From the IMG/VR virus record IMGVR_UViG_2974569193_000001, positions 44,702 to 108,701 of that record: a DNA stretch of 64,000 bases; one strand, 5' to 3'. The translations under genes and the position numbers were made by a program. The stretch is from a virus (Duplodnaviria; Heunggongvirae; Uroviricota; Caudoviricetes). Under the pieces are notes generated by a model that was not told the DNA's origin, ran no database searches, and saw only the letters and a list, made by a program, of their open reading frames with translations. Every line of letters begins with the position of its first letter. Within the stretch, counting starts at the first letter, position 1. Shown one piece after another: positions 34,078-43,622 of this stretch.

Positions 34078-34553
34078 TGCCGCCCTGGGCCGCCGCGCCG
34101 CTGCGGGTCTGCGGCAACTTCTTCCGCTGGGTCCGCCTGACCCTGGACAATCTCTGTGATCGGCCGGACCACCTTCAGCGCCTGTCGATCATCGGCTCGG
34201 GCATGGCGGCCTTCCCGCTGATCCTGCTGATCATCCACATCCTCGTCTACTTCGGGCTCCACGGTCCGGACACGGCCGCCGCCCTGGCGGTCATCCCGAT
34301 CATCGGCAACATGGGCTATGGGGCCTTGGCGCTCTATGCGCTGTCCCAGGTTGCGCTCCTTGGGATCATCAAGGGCATCCGGATCGCCGCGCCCGGCGGC
34401 GTCAACGTCGCCATCGAGACCACGGCGGGCAATGGCGATGGCCTGTCCGACGACAACGACGACGATCATGGACACGGCCGCTGGCGCGGACGCGACCACG
34501 ATGGTCCACCCAATCCCTCTGCCGGCTCTGGCGCCGGCGCTATCACGGAGTAG
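34077..34553 (+). CDS. holin (putative)
   Basis: 2-3 TM segments, charged C-terminus, within the lysis cassette. Confidence 0.65.
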   Translation: MPPWAAAPLRVCGNFFRWVRLTLDNLCDRPDHLQRLSIIGSGMAAFPLILLIIHILVYFGLHGPDTAAALAVIPIIGNMGYGALALYALSQVALLGIIKGIRIAAPGGVNVAIETTAGNGDGLSDDNDDDHGHGRWRGRDHDGPPNPSAGSGAGAITE

Positions 34554-34558
34554 GGACC

Positions 34559-34723
34559 ATGCGCGAAGGCTTCATGCTGGAAGGCTACGGCGGGCTGAAG
34601 ATCGGTCCCGGCGGCGGCGGTGGGGGCGGCGGCCTGGGTGATGGCGGCTCGGCCGGCATCATCCCGGTCAAGGACGACATCAATACCGGCTTCCCGGACG
34701 GCGACGCGCTCGACTACGGCTAG
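34559..34723 (+). CDS. 54-aa Gly-rich small protein (MREGFMLEGYGGLKIGPGGGGG..DALDYG)
   Basis: GGAG/GGGA SD-like sequence; phage-like codon usage; below the ORF-track cutoff. Confidence 0.55.
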   Translation: MREGFMLEGYGGLKIGPGGGGGGGGLGDGGSAGIIPVKDDINTGFPDGDALDYG

Positions 34724-34744
34724 GCATGCGACATCCGGTCGCAT

Positions 34745-34783
34745 GTCGTGATCCTTGACATATCGACGTTCTTGCATTATGGT
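34745..34783 (+). promoter_or_regulatory. motif variant GTCGTGATCCTTGAC with TTGACA-N17-TATGGT promoter
   Basis: -35 at 34755-60, -10 at 34778-83. Confidence 0.65.
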
Positions 34784-34789
34784 CGCGCT

Positions 34790-35052
34790 TCTTCGACGGC
34801 ATCCCACCGTCCAACATGGCTCGCGACCCACCGTTCGCAGGGACACGATCGCGACCAAGGCGGTAGCCGGAACGATGCTAGGCTGCAAAGCCAAGCCTCC
34901 GGAACACGCAGTAGCCGGCTGGAACGCTAGGCTCCTATGTCCAAACGGGGTACGGACTTCCTGAGCCTCCGGGCGATAGACCCCACCACCTCGCAAGAGG
35001 TTCACGCGTGATGCGGAGAAGGGCTGAAAAGCCCAAGTGTCTGGAAGGACAG
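34790..35052 (+). ncRNA. candidate structured RNA (~260 nt)
   Basis: Lies between a promoter and a terminator; CCTC-GCAA-GAGG and GGGCT-GAAA-AGCCC tetraloop hairpins; repeated GTAGCCGG..GCTAGGCT; no convincing ORF. Confidence 0.45.
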
Positions 35053-35086
35053 AAGGCCCCGCCGGAGCGATCCGGCGGGCCTTTTT
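35053..35086 (+). terminator. intrinsic terminator (probably bidirectional)
   Basis: AAGGCCCCGCCGGA-GCGA-TCCGGCGGGCCTTTTT at the convergence of the + and - gene blocks. Confidence 0.8.
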
Positions 35087-35109
35087 CCGTTGGGGCGGAG
35101 GAAGTCCCC

Positions 35110-35904
35110 TTAGGCGTGGGCGCGGACGCGAACCTTGGACGTGACCGGCAGCGTCGGCGCCAGGGCGCCCACCTTGCCGACCACCTTGCCCAGGATGACG
35201 ATCTTGCCGGCGTCGACGTCGACGTGATCCTTCAGGTCCGCGTCGTAGATGCGGTAGGGGCCGGTCTTGCTTGGGCGGGTGATGTGCGCCACCTGCATGG
35301 CCTTGTTGAGCCCGTAGACGAACTCGCCGCCGGCCGCGTTGGGCTCGACGTCGCGGCGGACCACCGCCATGTCGCCCGGATTGAGGCCAGGGGCGAAGTC
35401 GTGGATCGCCGCCAGGGCCAGATCGGTGGGCTCGGCCTCGAAGCGCTCACGCAGCCAGTCCGGATCGAGGTTCCAGGTCCGCAGACGCTGGAACTCGCCG
35501 GCGCGAGGCTTGAAGGTCAGTTCCTCGACCGGGTTGGGCGAGCCGACCCCGAAGGTGATGTACTCGGGCGTGGTCTTCAGGACGTGGGCGATCTGCTCCA
35601 ACACGTCGATGTGCGGCTTGACGCTGTCGGACTCGTACATGATGTACGCAGTGCGGGCCAGGGGCCGGCGCTCACCAGCCTGCTTCGGCTCCCAGCCGGG
35701 CTTGGTGCTGACGTCCTTGCGGGAATTGCTCTGCTGGGTCAGATAGACCCGCGAGGCGACTTGCTCCTGGGTCAGGCCCAGGCCCATGCGACAGGCGGTA
35801 ATCCGCTGGCCGATGGTGCGAGGATGCGCGAGGTCGGCATCCTTGTGGATCAGGGAACGAGACCGGTGCGGAACACCCGGCTTCATCTCGATCACGGCTT
35901 GCAT
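35110..35904 (-). CDS. XRE-family HTH regulator with S24-like C-terminal domain
   Basis: IGQRITACRMGLGLTQEQVA..YIMYESD..LEQIAHVLKTTPEYITFG; GDMAVVRR. Confidence 0.8.
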   Translation of the reverse strand: MQAVIEMKPGVPHRSRSLIHKDADLAHPRTIGQRITACRMGLGLTQEQVASRVYLTQQSNSRKDVSTKPGWEPKQAGERRPLARTAYIMYESDSVKPHIDVLEQIAHVLKTTPEYITFGVGSPNPVEELTFKPRAGEFQRLRTWNLDPDWLRERFEAEPTDLALAAIHDFAPGLNPGDMAVVRRDVEPNAAGGEFVYGLNKAMQVAHITRPSKTGPYRIYDADLKDHVDVDAGKIVILGKVVGKVGALAPTLPVTSKVRVRAHA

Positions 35905-36090
35905 TTTGTTCTCCTCCGTCCGTTGAGAACCGCGTCATTGGGTGTCGGTGTAACCCATGACATTCGCGATGGTTCCCAGACGCAACGTCTGTTTGCCAAT
36001 GTTGACAAAGAGGGATTTACACCCTCTTTGGCAACACATCAAGGCCAGAGAAGAAAAAAGTTGACAGGTCGGCTTAAGGGTGCGGCTGCA

Positions 36091-36773
36091 CTAATTCCCG
36101 GTAGAGCCAAAACCCCCGCCCCGCGCTCGGTCGAGACGAGGTCATCGACCTCGACGACGGGCACGATCAGGCATTGTTCGAGGATGATCTGAGCGATGCG
36201 GTCGCCCGGATTGATCTCCACGGTCTCGCGGAAGGACGGCCCACCGAAGACGTCCGTTTGCCGGCCGTGGTGGGTCAGGATGACCTTGACCTCGCCGGTG
36301 TAGTCCTCGTCCACCACGCCGGCCAGGACGCCCAGGCCCTTGACGCCCAGCCCCGAGCGCGGCGCGACGCGGGCATAGGTGCCCTCGGGCGCGGTGATCG
36401 CCAGCCCTGTCGACAGCAGAGCGCGCTCCCCAGGGTGCAGCCGCACCTTCTCGGTCCCGTCGTAGTAGACGTCCAGGCCGGCGGCCTTGGGCGAGCCGCG
36501 CGTCGGCAGCTTGGCGGTCTGCGTCAGGCGCTTGACCTTCAGAACGGGCTCGTCGCTCTTCATGCGCGTCAACTCCAAAGCCTCCGACCAGGAGACGAAC
36601 TTCACGTCGCGCGTGAACCGGCCGTAGAGTTCGACGTCCTGGCCCGGCCCGACCTTGACCTCCGCCTCGATGCCCGACGCCGCCAGGGTGTCGGCCAGGG
36701 CGTAGGCCTGCTCGGCTTGCGCAGTCCGTTGGTAGAAGACGACAGCTTTGCTGTAAAGGCGGGTCGGGGGCAT
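36091..36773 (-). CDS. dut: dUTPase; motif V displaced by an apparent 1-nt deletion near 36113-36118
   Basis: AAGLD, RVAPRSG, GVVDEDYTGE, GDRIAQ. Adding one G restores RGAGGFGSTGN*. The dUTPase domain may start at ATG 36563. Confidence 0.9.
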
Positions 36774-36790
36774 TATTTTCGGGCCTCTGG

Positions 36791-38155
36791 TTAACGGGGA
36801 ATGTCGAGATGGTCGGCCAGATCGTCGGCGCCGCCGATGAAGGCCTCTTCGGAGCCGTCGTCCGCGTCCAGCAGGAAGATCATCGGCGAGGAGTTCCAGG
36901 CCGGATGACCCCAGGTGTTGCGGACCTCCTCGAACTTTGCGCGGCGGCCGGCATCGCTCGGCTGGACCGCCTCATAGGGGATGCCCAGGTCGTCGAGATA
37001 GGCCTTGGCCCGGTCGCAGTGCGGGCAGTCCTTCTTGGTGTAGACGCGGTACGCCGTCACGTCCGGATCGTAGGTCTTCTCGGCCGACACCGCCGGGCGC
37101 GCGACGCTCCAGTAGCGCAGCGGCTCGGGCAGTTCGCAGACCGCCTCGTCGGTGCAGCCGCCGCCGGCGTAAGGCGTCCAGATCGGGCGCTGGAGGAAGG
37201 CGAAGGCGGTGTTCCAGCCGGCGACCTCGCCCTTGCCGTACTCGGTCGAGCGCTGCTCGAAGAAGTTGGCGTGGGTCGGGGCGTTCATGATCCAGTCGAG
37301 CCAGTCGAAGGGGTTTTCCTTCTGGCCGTAGTTGGGCTTCATGCCCAGTTGCAGCCACCGGCGGTCGGCGATGTAGCGGATGTACTTCTTGGTGTCCTCG
37401 GGCGTGACGCCGTCGACCTCGCCCAGGGCGAAGGCTTGGTCGATGAACGCATCCTCCAGGTCGACCATCCGCCGGCCGGCGTCGTAGATGCGCTTCTTGG
37501 TCTCGTCGTTCCAGGCGCGCGGGTGCTCCTTGATCAACTCGTGCAGGAGCTTGATCATGCTCTCGACGTGGTGGGTCTCGTCGCGGATCGACCACTCGAC
37601 GATCGTGGTCATGCCCTTCATCAGCCCGCGCCGCTGGTAGTTCATCAGCAGGGCGAACGAGGAGAAAAGCTGCATGCCTTCGCCGAAGGCCGAGAACACG
37701 GCGATGTCGACGATCAGGTCGGCGATCGACGTGCCGCTCTCGCGCTCGAACATGTACTCGTGCTTCTCGCGCATCGCCTGATAGTCCAGGAAGGCGCGGA
37801 ACTCGACCTCGGGCAGGCCCAGAGTGTCGATCAGGGTGGCGTAGGCGTCGATGTGATTGGCTTCGGCCGCCATGAACGCCGCCAGCATCATCCGCACTTC
37901 CGGGTGCGGGAAGCGCGGGCCGTACTTTTCGAAGTAGCCGCGCGCCACGTCCACGTCGGCTTGCGTGAAGAAACGGAAGAGTTGCGTGAGTTGGTTCTTC
38001 TCGCTGGGCTTGAGTTTCTCGTTCCAGTCCTGGATGTCGGTGTCCATCGGCGCCTCGTGGGGGAGCCAGTGGAGCGACTGCATGATCCGGTAGGCGTCGT
38101 AGGCCCAGGGGTAGGCGAAGGGCTTGTAGTAGTCGCGCGGCTTGAGCAGGGACAT
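36791..38155 (-). CDS. nrdB: class I ribonucleotide reductase beta subunit with C-terminal glutaredoxin domain
   Basis: HWLPHE, FFTQADVDV, EANHIDAY, DETHH, NFFEQR, then VYTKKDCPHCDRAK. Confidence 0.93.
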   Translation of the reverse strand: MSLLKPRDYYKPFAYPWAYDAYRIMQSLHWLPHEAPMDTDIQDWNEKLKPSEKNQLTQLFRFFTQADVDVARGYFEKYGPRFPHPEVRMMLAAFMAAEANHIDAYATLIDTLGLPEVEFRAFLDYQAMREKHEYMFERESGTSIADLIVDIAVFSAFGEGMQLFSSFALLMNYQRRGLMKGMTTIVEWSIRDETHHVESMIKLLHELIKEHPRAWNDETKKRIYDAGRRMVDLEDAFIDQAFALGEVDGVTPEDTKKYIRYIADRRWLQLGMKPNYGQKENPFDWLDWIMNAPTHANFFEQRSTEYGKGEVAGWNTAFAFLQRPIWTPYAGGGCTDEAVCELPEPLRYWSVARPAVSAEKTYDPDVTAYRVYTKKDCPHCDRAKAYLDDLGIPYEAVQPSDAGRRAKFEEVRNTWGHPAWNSSPMIFLLDADDGSEEAFIGGADDLADHLDIPR

Positions 38156-38209
38156 GTGTGGGAGGTCTCGAAAGGAGGGATGGAGGAGGTGAAGGGCGCC
38201 AGCGGCGCC

Positions 38210-41041
38210 CTAGCCCTCGCAGGCCACGCAGGTGGAGTCGGACGTCGGGTTCAGGGCCAGCAGCGCGGCCTCTTCAGCAGACCCCGTGGTCGGGGCCTCC
38301 CCCATGTCGATCTGCTTGCGCTCGACCTTGGTGTTGGTGTTCTCGGCCCGCTTGGGCGTCGTCGACCGCAGGTAGTACATCGACTTGACGCCGTACCCCT
38401 CGTTCCAGGCCAGGAAGGTGACTTCCGACAGCGTCTCGGCCGTGGCGTCGTGCGGGTGGAACACGTTCAGGGACTGGCCCTGGCAGATGTCCTCGGTCCG
38501 CCCGACCGCCAGCCGCACGACCCAGCGCTGGTCGAGTTCCATCGCCGTCTTGTAGACGCGCTTCTTATGCTCCAGGACCGCCGGGTCGACGTCGATGCCC
38601 AGGGCCTCGAAGAACTCGACCGAGAAGTGCTGGATCGAGCCCTCGTTAGCGACGATGGTCTTCCAGACCTCATCGGTGTCGGCGCCCAGGCTGGCCAGCC
38701 ACGCGCGCAGCCAGCGGTTCTTGACCTGGAACGAGCCCGAGAGGGTCTTGTGCAGGAAGGTGTTGGCGCGGTTGGGCTCAATCGACGGCGAGGCGCCGCC
38801 GCAGAGGATCGACGAGGAGGCGTTGGGGGCCACCGCCAGCTTGTGGGCGAAACGCTCGCCCGAGCCTTCCATGTCCGGAGCTTCGCCGCGCTCGGCGCCC
38901 AGGATCAGCGACGCCGCGTCGGCCTTGCGGCGCATGTGGCGGAAGATGGTCTTGTTGAGCGTCTCGGCCGCCATGCTCTCGAATGGGATGTCGAGCGACT
39001 GGAGCAGCGAGTGGAAGCCCAGCAGGCCCAGGCCGACCGACCGCTCGCGCACGGCGCTGTAGGAGGCCCGGTGCATCTCGTCCGGCGCGTTGTCGATGAA
39101 CACCTGGAGGCAGTTGTCCAGCATGCGCATCAGGTCTTCGATGAAGGTCGGGTGATCCTTCCACTCGACCCACTTCTCGGCGTTGACGCTCGACAGGCAG
39201 CAGACGGCCGTGCGCATCTTGCCGAACACGTCGCGGCCGGTACCCAGCATGATCTCCGAGCAGTTGCCCGTCAGGTAGCCATTGAACACCAGCCGGTTGC
39301 GCTTGGGCTCGGTGGCGCAGAAGACGTCGGCCTTGTGGGCGAGCGGATGCACACTGGCGACCGTGGCGGCCAGCTTCGGCGCGACCTCGATCTGGTGGGC
39401 CGCGTCGATTTGCTCGGCGGTTTTGGACAGCACCGCGCCGATCTTCGACAGGTAGGCCACGTCCCAGGCCGACAGCGAGAAGGCGCTGACCGTGTCGGTC
39501 AGGCGGATGCGCGGGTGCAGGCCCGACTCGATGGCCAGCAGGCGCATCTCGCGGATCAGGTCCGCATCGGTCGAGCCGACCGTCAGCCAGCGCACGCCGT
39601 CGATCTCGACCCATTCGCCGGCCGCGTCCAGCGCCCCGCCCAGCCATGCCAGACGGCGGCTCGGGGTGTGGTGGAACGGCACGACGCCGGTGTTGATCGT
39701 CAGCGGGTCGTAGCGCAGGGTGGTGCCCGCCTCGTCGCCTTCCAGGTTCAGCGACAGAGCCGACAGGGTCTTGAGCACCGCGTCGGGCAGGCCGACCGGC
39801 ACGAAGGCCGACAGGCGGTTCTTGTCACTGAAGCCGGCGAAGGTCGTCCAGCCAGCCGTGTAGGCGACCTCCAGCGGCGGGCTGGCGTCGCTCACGCCCT
39901 CGGTGACCGGCACGTTGGCTTTGGCCAGCACCGTGCCGTCCTTCAGTTCACCGGCCCGGACTTCGACGCCGGCCTCGGTGTAGAACTTGTGGTAGGGGGT
40001 GCAGTCGACAAAGTCGCCGTCCTCGAACCAGACGCGGACCAGTTCGGCCTTCTCGTCGGTGGCGTTGGTCTGGTGGATCAGGACGTTGCTGAATTCGACG
40101 CCGTTCCAGACGTCATGGAAGCCGCCGGCCAGCGAGGCGATCGGCAGGTGCCCGTTGCGGGTCAGGATTTCGGTCTCGCCCGCCACGCAGAGGTTCGACT
40201 GGCGAACGCTCAGGCCGAGCTTCTTCTGCCGGTCCGGGAAGTGGCGGTTGGAGGTGTCGATGAAGTGGATGTAGGGCTCGCCCGTCTGCACGCGCGTCTC
40301 GATCAGCAGGCGCCACAGGTCGCGCGCCCGCTCCATGCGGATCACCTCGCCCGTCTTGGGCGAGCGCAGGGCGAAGTCGGTGTCGTCGCGCACTGCGATC
40401 ATGAACTCGTCGGTGACGTTGACCGCGTTGTGCAGGTTGGTGATCTTGCGGTTGTGGTCGCCGCCGGTCGGCTTGCGGGCGGTGATGAACTCGCGGATTT
40501 CCGGGTGATGGATGTCCAGGTAGACGGCGTTGGAGCCCCGGCGAGTGCCGCCCTGGCTGACGGCCAGGATCAGACGGTCGTCCACGGCCATGAACGGGAT
40601 GACGCCGGTCGACTGCGAGCCCTTGGAGGTCTTTTCGCCCAGGGCGCGCAAGGCACCATAGTAGGAGCCGATGCCGCCGCCCATCGACGAGAGCCAGATG
40701 ACCTCGTCATAGTGCTCGGAGATCGACTCGCGGCTGTCCTCGATCGCGGTGAGGAAGCAGGAGATCGGCAGGCCACGGGCCGAGCCGCCATTCGACAGCA
40801 GCGGGGTGGCGTACATGAACCAGAGGTTGGAGACGTAGTCGTACAGACGCTGGCCGTGCTCGGCGTCATCCGCAAAGGCCGCACTCGCGCGCGCGAAGGC
40901 CTCCTGGGGAGACGTTTCCCCAGGCAGCAGATAGCGTTCACGGAGGGTCTGGAGGGTGAAGTCGTCGAGCAGGGCGTCGCGGGTGAGATCGATCTTGATT
41001 TCGTGCGTTGCGACAGCCATGGGGTCTCGTTTTCGCGTCAA
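38210..41041 (-). CDS. nrdA: class I ribonucleotide reductase alpha subunit, intein-containing
   Basis: ATPLLSN, PISCF, GGGIG, SNL|C..EI, VAPNASSS, KSMYYLRS, C-terminal CVAC. Confidence 0.95.
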   Translation of the reverse strand: MTRKRDPMAVATHEIKIDLTRDALLDDFTLQTLRERYLLPGETSPQEAFARASAAFADDAEHGQRLYDYVSNLWFMYATPLLSNGGSARGLPISCFLTAIEDSRESISEHYDEVIWLSSMGGGIGSYYGALRALGEKTSKGSQSTGVIPFMAVDDRLILAVSQGGTRRGSNAVYLDIHHPEIREFITARKPTGGDHNRKITNLHNAVNVTDEFMIAVRDDTDFALRSPKTGEVIRMERARDLWRLLIETRVQTGEPYIHFIDTSNRHFPDRQKKLGLSVRQSNLCVAGETEILTRNGHLPIASLAGGFHDVWNGVEFSNVLIHQTNATDEKAELVRVWFEDGDFVDCTPYHKFYTEAGVEVRAGELKDGTVLAKANVPVTEGVSDASPPLEVAYTAGWTTFAGFSDKNRLSAFVPVGLPDAVLKTLSALSLNLEGDEAGTTLRYDPLTINTGVVPFHHTPSRRLAWLGGALDAAGEWVEIDGVRWLTVGSTDADLIREMRLLAIESGLHPRIRLTDTVSAFSLSAWDVAYLSKIGAVLSKTAEQIDAAHQIEVAPKLAATVASVHPLAHKADVFCATEPKRNRLVFNGYLTGNCSEIMLGTGRDVFGKMRTAVCCLSSVNAEKWVEWKDHPTFIEDLMRMLDNCLQVFIDNAPDEMHRASYSAVRERSVGLGLLGFHSLLQSLDIPFESMAAETLNKTIFRHMRRKADAASLILGAERGEAPDMEGSGERFAHKLAVAPNASSSILCGGASPSIEPNRANTFLHKTLSGSFQVKNRWLRAWLASLGADTDEVWKTIVANEGSIQHFSVEFFEALGIDVDPAVLEHKKRVYKTAMELDQRWVVRLAVGRTEDICQGQSLNVFHPHDATAETLSEVTFLAWNEGYGVKSMYYLRSTTPKRAENTNTKVERKQIDMGEAPTTGSAEEAALLALNPTSDSTCVACEG
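39263..40189 (-). mobile_element. intein (309 aa) with degenerate LAGLIDADG-like domain
   Basis: CVAGETEILT..FNGYLTGN inserted between SNL and CSEI; internal LGGALDAAG. Confidence 0.9.
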
Positions 41042-41125
41042 GGCGCGATGCGTTAAAAGCCCTGAGAAATCAGGGCCTTAAGATGAAAGCAAAGGATGGT
41101 TAAGATAGCCTGAGGGGTCCCGAAA

Positions 41126-41140
41126 GTCAAGATTCACGAC
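41126..41140 (-). promoter_or_regulatory. GTCGTGAATCTTGAC promoter element (minus strand)
   Basis: Exact; TTGACT-N17-TATCTT upstream of nrdA. Confidence 0.7.
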
Positions 41141-41181
41141 AGTCGCGAGCCCCTCAAAGATTCCTTGACAGACCCTGGGAT

Positions 41182-41433
41182 TTACTCGTCGGCGAACTTC
41201 ATCCCGGCCGCCTTCAGGATGTCCTTGGTATTGCAAGGCTTTCCGTCCAGCAGGAAGCAGGTCTTGGTTTCCCGGACCCGGTCGCCCAGGGCCGCCATCG
41301 CCCGCTCCAGGATGGTGAGCCCATCGCCGAGCGGCGCGATCAGGGCGCCGGTTTCGCGGGGAAGGCGAGGACCGCTGGTGCTCACCTTCTCGGGTTTCTT
41401 GGCGCGCTTAGCGGACAACGCCCTGGACCCCAA
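41182..41433 (-). CDS. hypothetical protein (start may be TTG 41418)
   Basis: Phage-like codon usage; contiguous with neighbours. Confidence 0.6.
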   Translation of the reverse strand: MGSRALSAKRAKKPEKVSTSGPRLPRETGALIAPLGDGLTILERAMAALGDRVRETKTCFLLDGKPCNTKDILKAAGMKFADE

Positions 41434-41758
41434 CGATGCTGCGGAACTTGTCGAGGGCGGCGTCGACGTCCTGGCCGCTGGCGATCTGGGCCGACAGGTC
41501 CGAGACGGCGGTGTTGATCTTGTCGACTTCAGCCTTGAACACGTCGGGCGTGTCCTTCAGGATGTTGACCAGGGCCAGGATCACGATGTCGACCACCGGG
41601 ATGCGAATGGTCTCGCCGTCGGCTTCGTTGAACGAGGCCAGCGACAGGCCGATGGTGAAGCCGCCGGGATTGGTGGGGCTCTCGGTCAGGGCGAGCACCG
41701 ACTGGGCGGTGATCACCTCTTCGCGGACCGGGATGAAATCTTCAGTGGGGGAGGTCAT
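41408..41758 (-). CDS. hypothetical protein
   Basis: 116 aa; AGGA SD. Confidence 0.7.
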   Translation of the reverse strand: MTSPTEDFIPVREEVITAQSVLALTESPTNPGGFTIGLSLASFNEADGETIRIPVVDIVILALVNILKDTPDVFKAEVDKINTAVSDLSAQIASGQDVDAALDKFRSIVGVQGVVR

Positions 41759-42041
41759 GGGATTCCTGCTGCATGAGGAGGGCGATGCGGTTGACGGCGT
41801 CGACTTCGTTGATCGGGCCGGCGGCGAGCAGGGCCTCGATCGTGTCGGCGATCACCCCCTGCTGGTCGAGGGTCATGATCGCGAGGCCGTAGAGAAGCGC
41901 CTGGGAGGCGTGCCGGCGGATGCTCGGGACGGTGTTGTGGATGATGAGGTCGACCTCGCCACGGTCGCCATCGGCCGGCACGTAGGCCGCGAGGGAGAAC
42001 TGCGGCTCCAGGTCTTCGGGGATGGCGAGCGGGGCGTTCAT
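41742..42041 (-). CDS. hypothetical protein
   Basis: MNAPLAIPEDLE start within listed ORF 41742-42104; GGAG SD. Confidence 0.7.
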   Translation of the reverse strand: MNAPLAIPEDLEPQFSLAAYVPADGDRGEVDLIIHNTVPSIRRHASQALLYGLAIMTLDQQGVIADTIEALLAAGPINEVDAVNRIALLMQQESHDLPH

Positions 42042-42080
42042 GGGCGGCTCCGGGGGATGTCGTGTCTCCCGACAAGACAT

Positions 42081-42095
42081 GTCAGGATTCACGAC
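42081..42095 (-). promoter_or_regulatory. promoter motif variant (GTCGTGAATCCTGAC on minus strand)
   Basis: 14/15 match. Confidence 0.55.
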
Positions 42096-42133
42096 ATCGG
42101 TCAACGTGGTTAATGGGCGGGTGCGCGCTTTTG

Positions 42134-43069
42134 TCAGGCGTCCCAGACCGCCTCGCCCGGCACGAACTTGCGGAACTGCTGGAAGCCCCGGAAATTGCCC
42201 TGGAACTGGCTATTGAGCCCCGCCGGCCGCGCTTGGTGTTCGAGCGGGGAGGCGTGGACCGGCTGGGAGCCGGCGAGCTTCAGGAAGGTGCCGACGTCGC
42301 GCTCGATCGCGGCCTTGGAGCCGTCGAAGTCACGATAGCTGGCGCGGGCGCAGCGGGCCGCCGAGGAGACGATCAGCAGGCGCTCGACGAGCGGCAGGTT
42401 CGGAAGATTCTTGAACGCGAAGTCGACCTGCCCTGCCAGGGCCATGAAGAGGTCGGATTGATCGCGCATCATCCGCAAGACGTCGTCGAGATCGGCTTCC
42501 AGGTCGACGAACGGCAGGTGCCATTCGTTCGGCCCCAGCAGGCGCGGCGTCTGGGCTTCGAGATCGGCCTTGATCCTGCGGGCCAGGACCTGGATTTCGT
42601 CCTGGGCGCCGGCGTCGTCGCGCAGGGTCAGGAAATTGATCCAGTCGGTGGCCGAGACCACCACCGAGATGTAGCCGAAGAACTCGGTCGCGCGGTTCAC
42701 CCACTGCTTGTGGATGTTCAGGCCGCCCTCGGCGCGCGGCAGGCCCAGCTTGGCGACGCCGGCGCGCACCGCGTCGGCCATCTCCAACCAGATCGCCTCG
42801 GCCGCTTTCTGGTCGGCGTTGGAGAGGTATTCGCCCGGCTGCATGCCCGGCTGGTTCTCGCGGAACAGCGGCACGTAGGGCGCGTCCAGCAGCATCTTCT
42901 TGAGCGGGATGGCCCGGCTCGAAGAGGCGTTGCGACTGAACACCCGGTGGGTCATGAAGTCGGCATGGACCATGCGCGGATAGCGCAGGAGCAGGCTGTC
43001 CAGGCGCTTGCCGTCATGGGTGATCGACGACGCCAGGGGCGTCGTCTGCACGAAGTCGAGGGTAGGCAT
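42134..43069 (-). CDS. thyX: flavin-dependent thymidylate synthase-like protein
   Basis: THRVFSRNASSSRAIP, HKQWVNR, NFLTLR, HASPLEH; neighbours are nucleotide-metabolism genes. Confidence 0.82.
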   Translation of the reverse strand: MPTLDFVQTTPLASSITHDGKRLDSLLLRYPRMVHADFMTHRVFSRNASSSRAIPLKKMLLDAPYVPLFRENQPGMQPGEYLSNADQKAAEAIWLEMADAVRAGVAKLGLPRAEGGLNIHKQWVNRATEFFGYISVVVSATDWINFLTLRDDAGAQDEIQVLARRIKADLEAQTPRLLGPNEWHLPFVDLEADLDDVLRMMRDQSDLFMALAGQVDFAFKNLPNLPLVERLLIVSSAARCARASYRDFDGSKAAIERDVGTFLKLAGSQPVHASPLEHQARPAGLNSQFQGNFRGFQQFRKFVPGEAVWDA

Positions 43070-43075
43070 GGGGGA

Positions 43076-43612
43076 TTAGTCCTGGTCTTCGGGGAGCACG
43101 ATCATGCCGATCGCGTTGTGGAGGTCGTGGATCGTCCGGTCGTTGACGATGGTCCAGTCGGGGACGATTTTCTCCATCTCCAGTTCGGAGGCGTGCTGCG
43201 ACGCCGCGTCCGTGGAGACCTTGCGCGGATCGTCGACGCGGATGATCATCCCGCCCAGGGCGCGCACGGCGTCGGCCTCGTTCAGGAACCGGCAGTCCGA
43301 GCAGACCACCAGCTTGTAATCGCCGGCCGAGCGCTTGAAGGCCTCGATCCAGGTGTCCTCGGCGTAGGAGCGGAACATCTCGGTCCCGATCTTCTGAAGG
43401 ATGTCGCGAGGGCTCTTGAAGGGGTAGCGATCCAGCACCTTCTCCTTCAGGATCGGGTCCAGCATCTCCTCCATCGTCACCCCGTAGGCGACGCGGGCGA
43501 TCTCGCGCAGCGGATCGGCGAAGTTGATGTGCTTGTAGCCGGCTTGCTCCAGGCGGGCGGCGGCGGTCGACTTGCCGTGCCCCCGCTTGCCGGTGATGGC
43601 GACGAGTTCCAT
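43076..43612 (-). CDS. deoxynucleoside monophosphate kinase
   Basis: ITGKRGHGKST, FADPLR, RDILQKIGTE, DCRFLNE, HASE. Confidence 0.9.
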   Translation of the reverse strand: MELVAITGKRGHGKSTAAARLEQAGYKHINFADPLREIARVAYGVTMEEMLDPILKEKVLDRYPFKSPRDILQKIGTEMFRSYAEDTWIEAFKRSAGDYKLVVCSDCRFLNEADAVRALGGMIIRVDDPRKVSTDAASQHASELEMEKIVPDWTIVNDRTIHDLHNAIGMIVLPEDQD

Positions 43613-43622
43613 GGTCTGCTCC

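Noticed and set aside
41053-41103. Full CtrA site (TTAA-N7-TTAA) upstream of nrdA
   Set aside because: Three TTAA are present but none is spaced by 7 nt; only a half-site is supportable.
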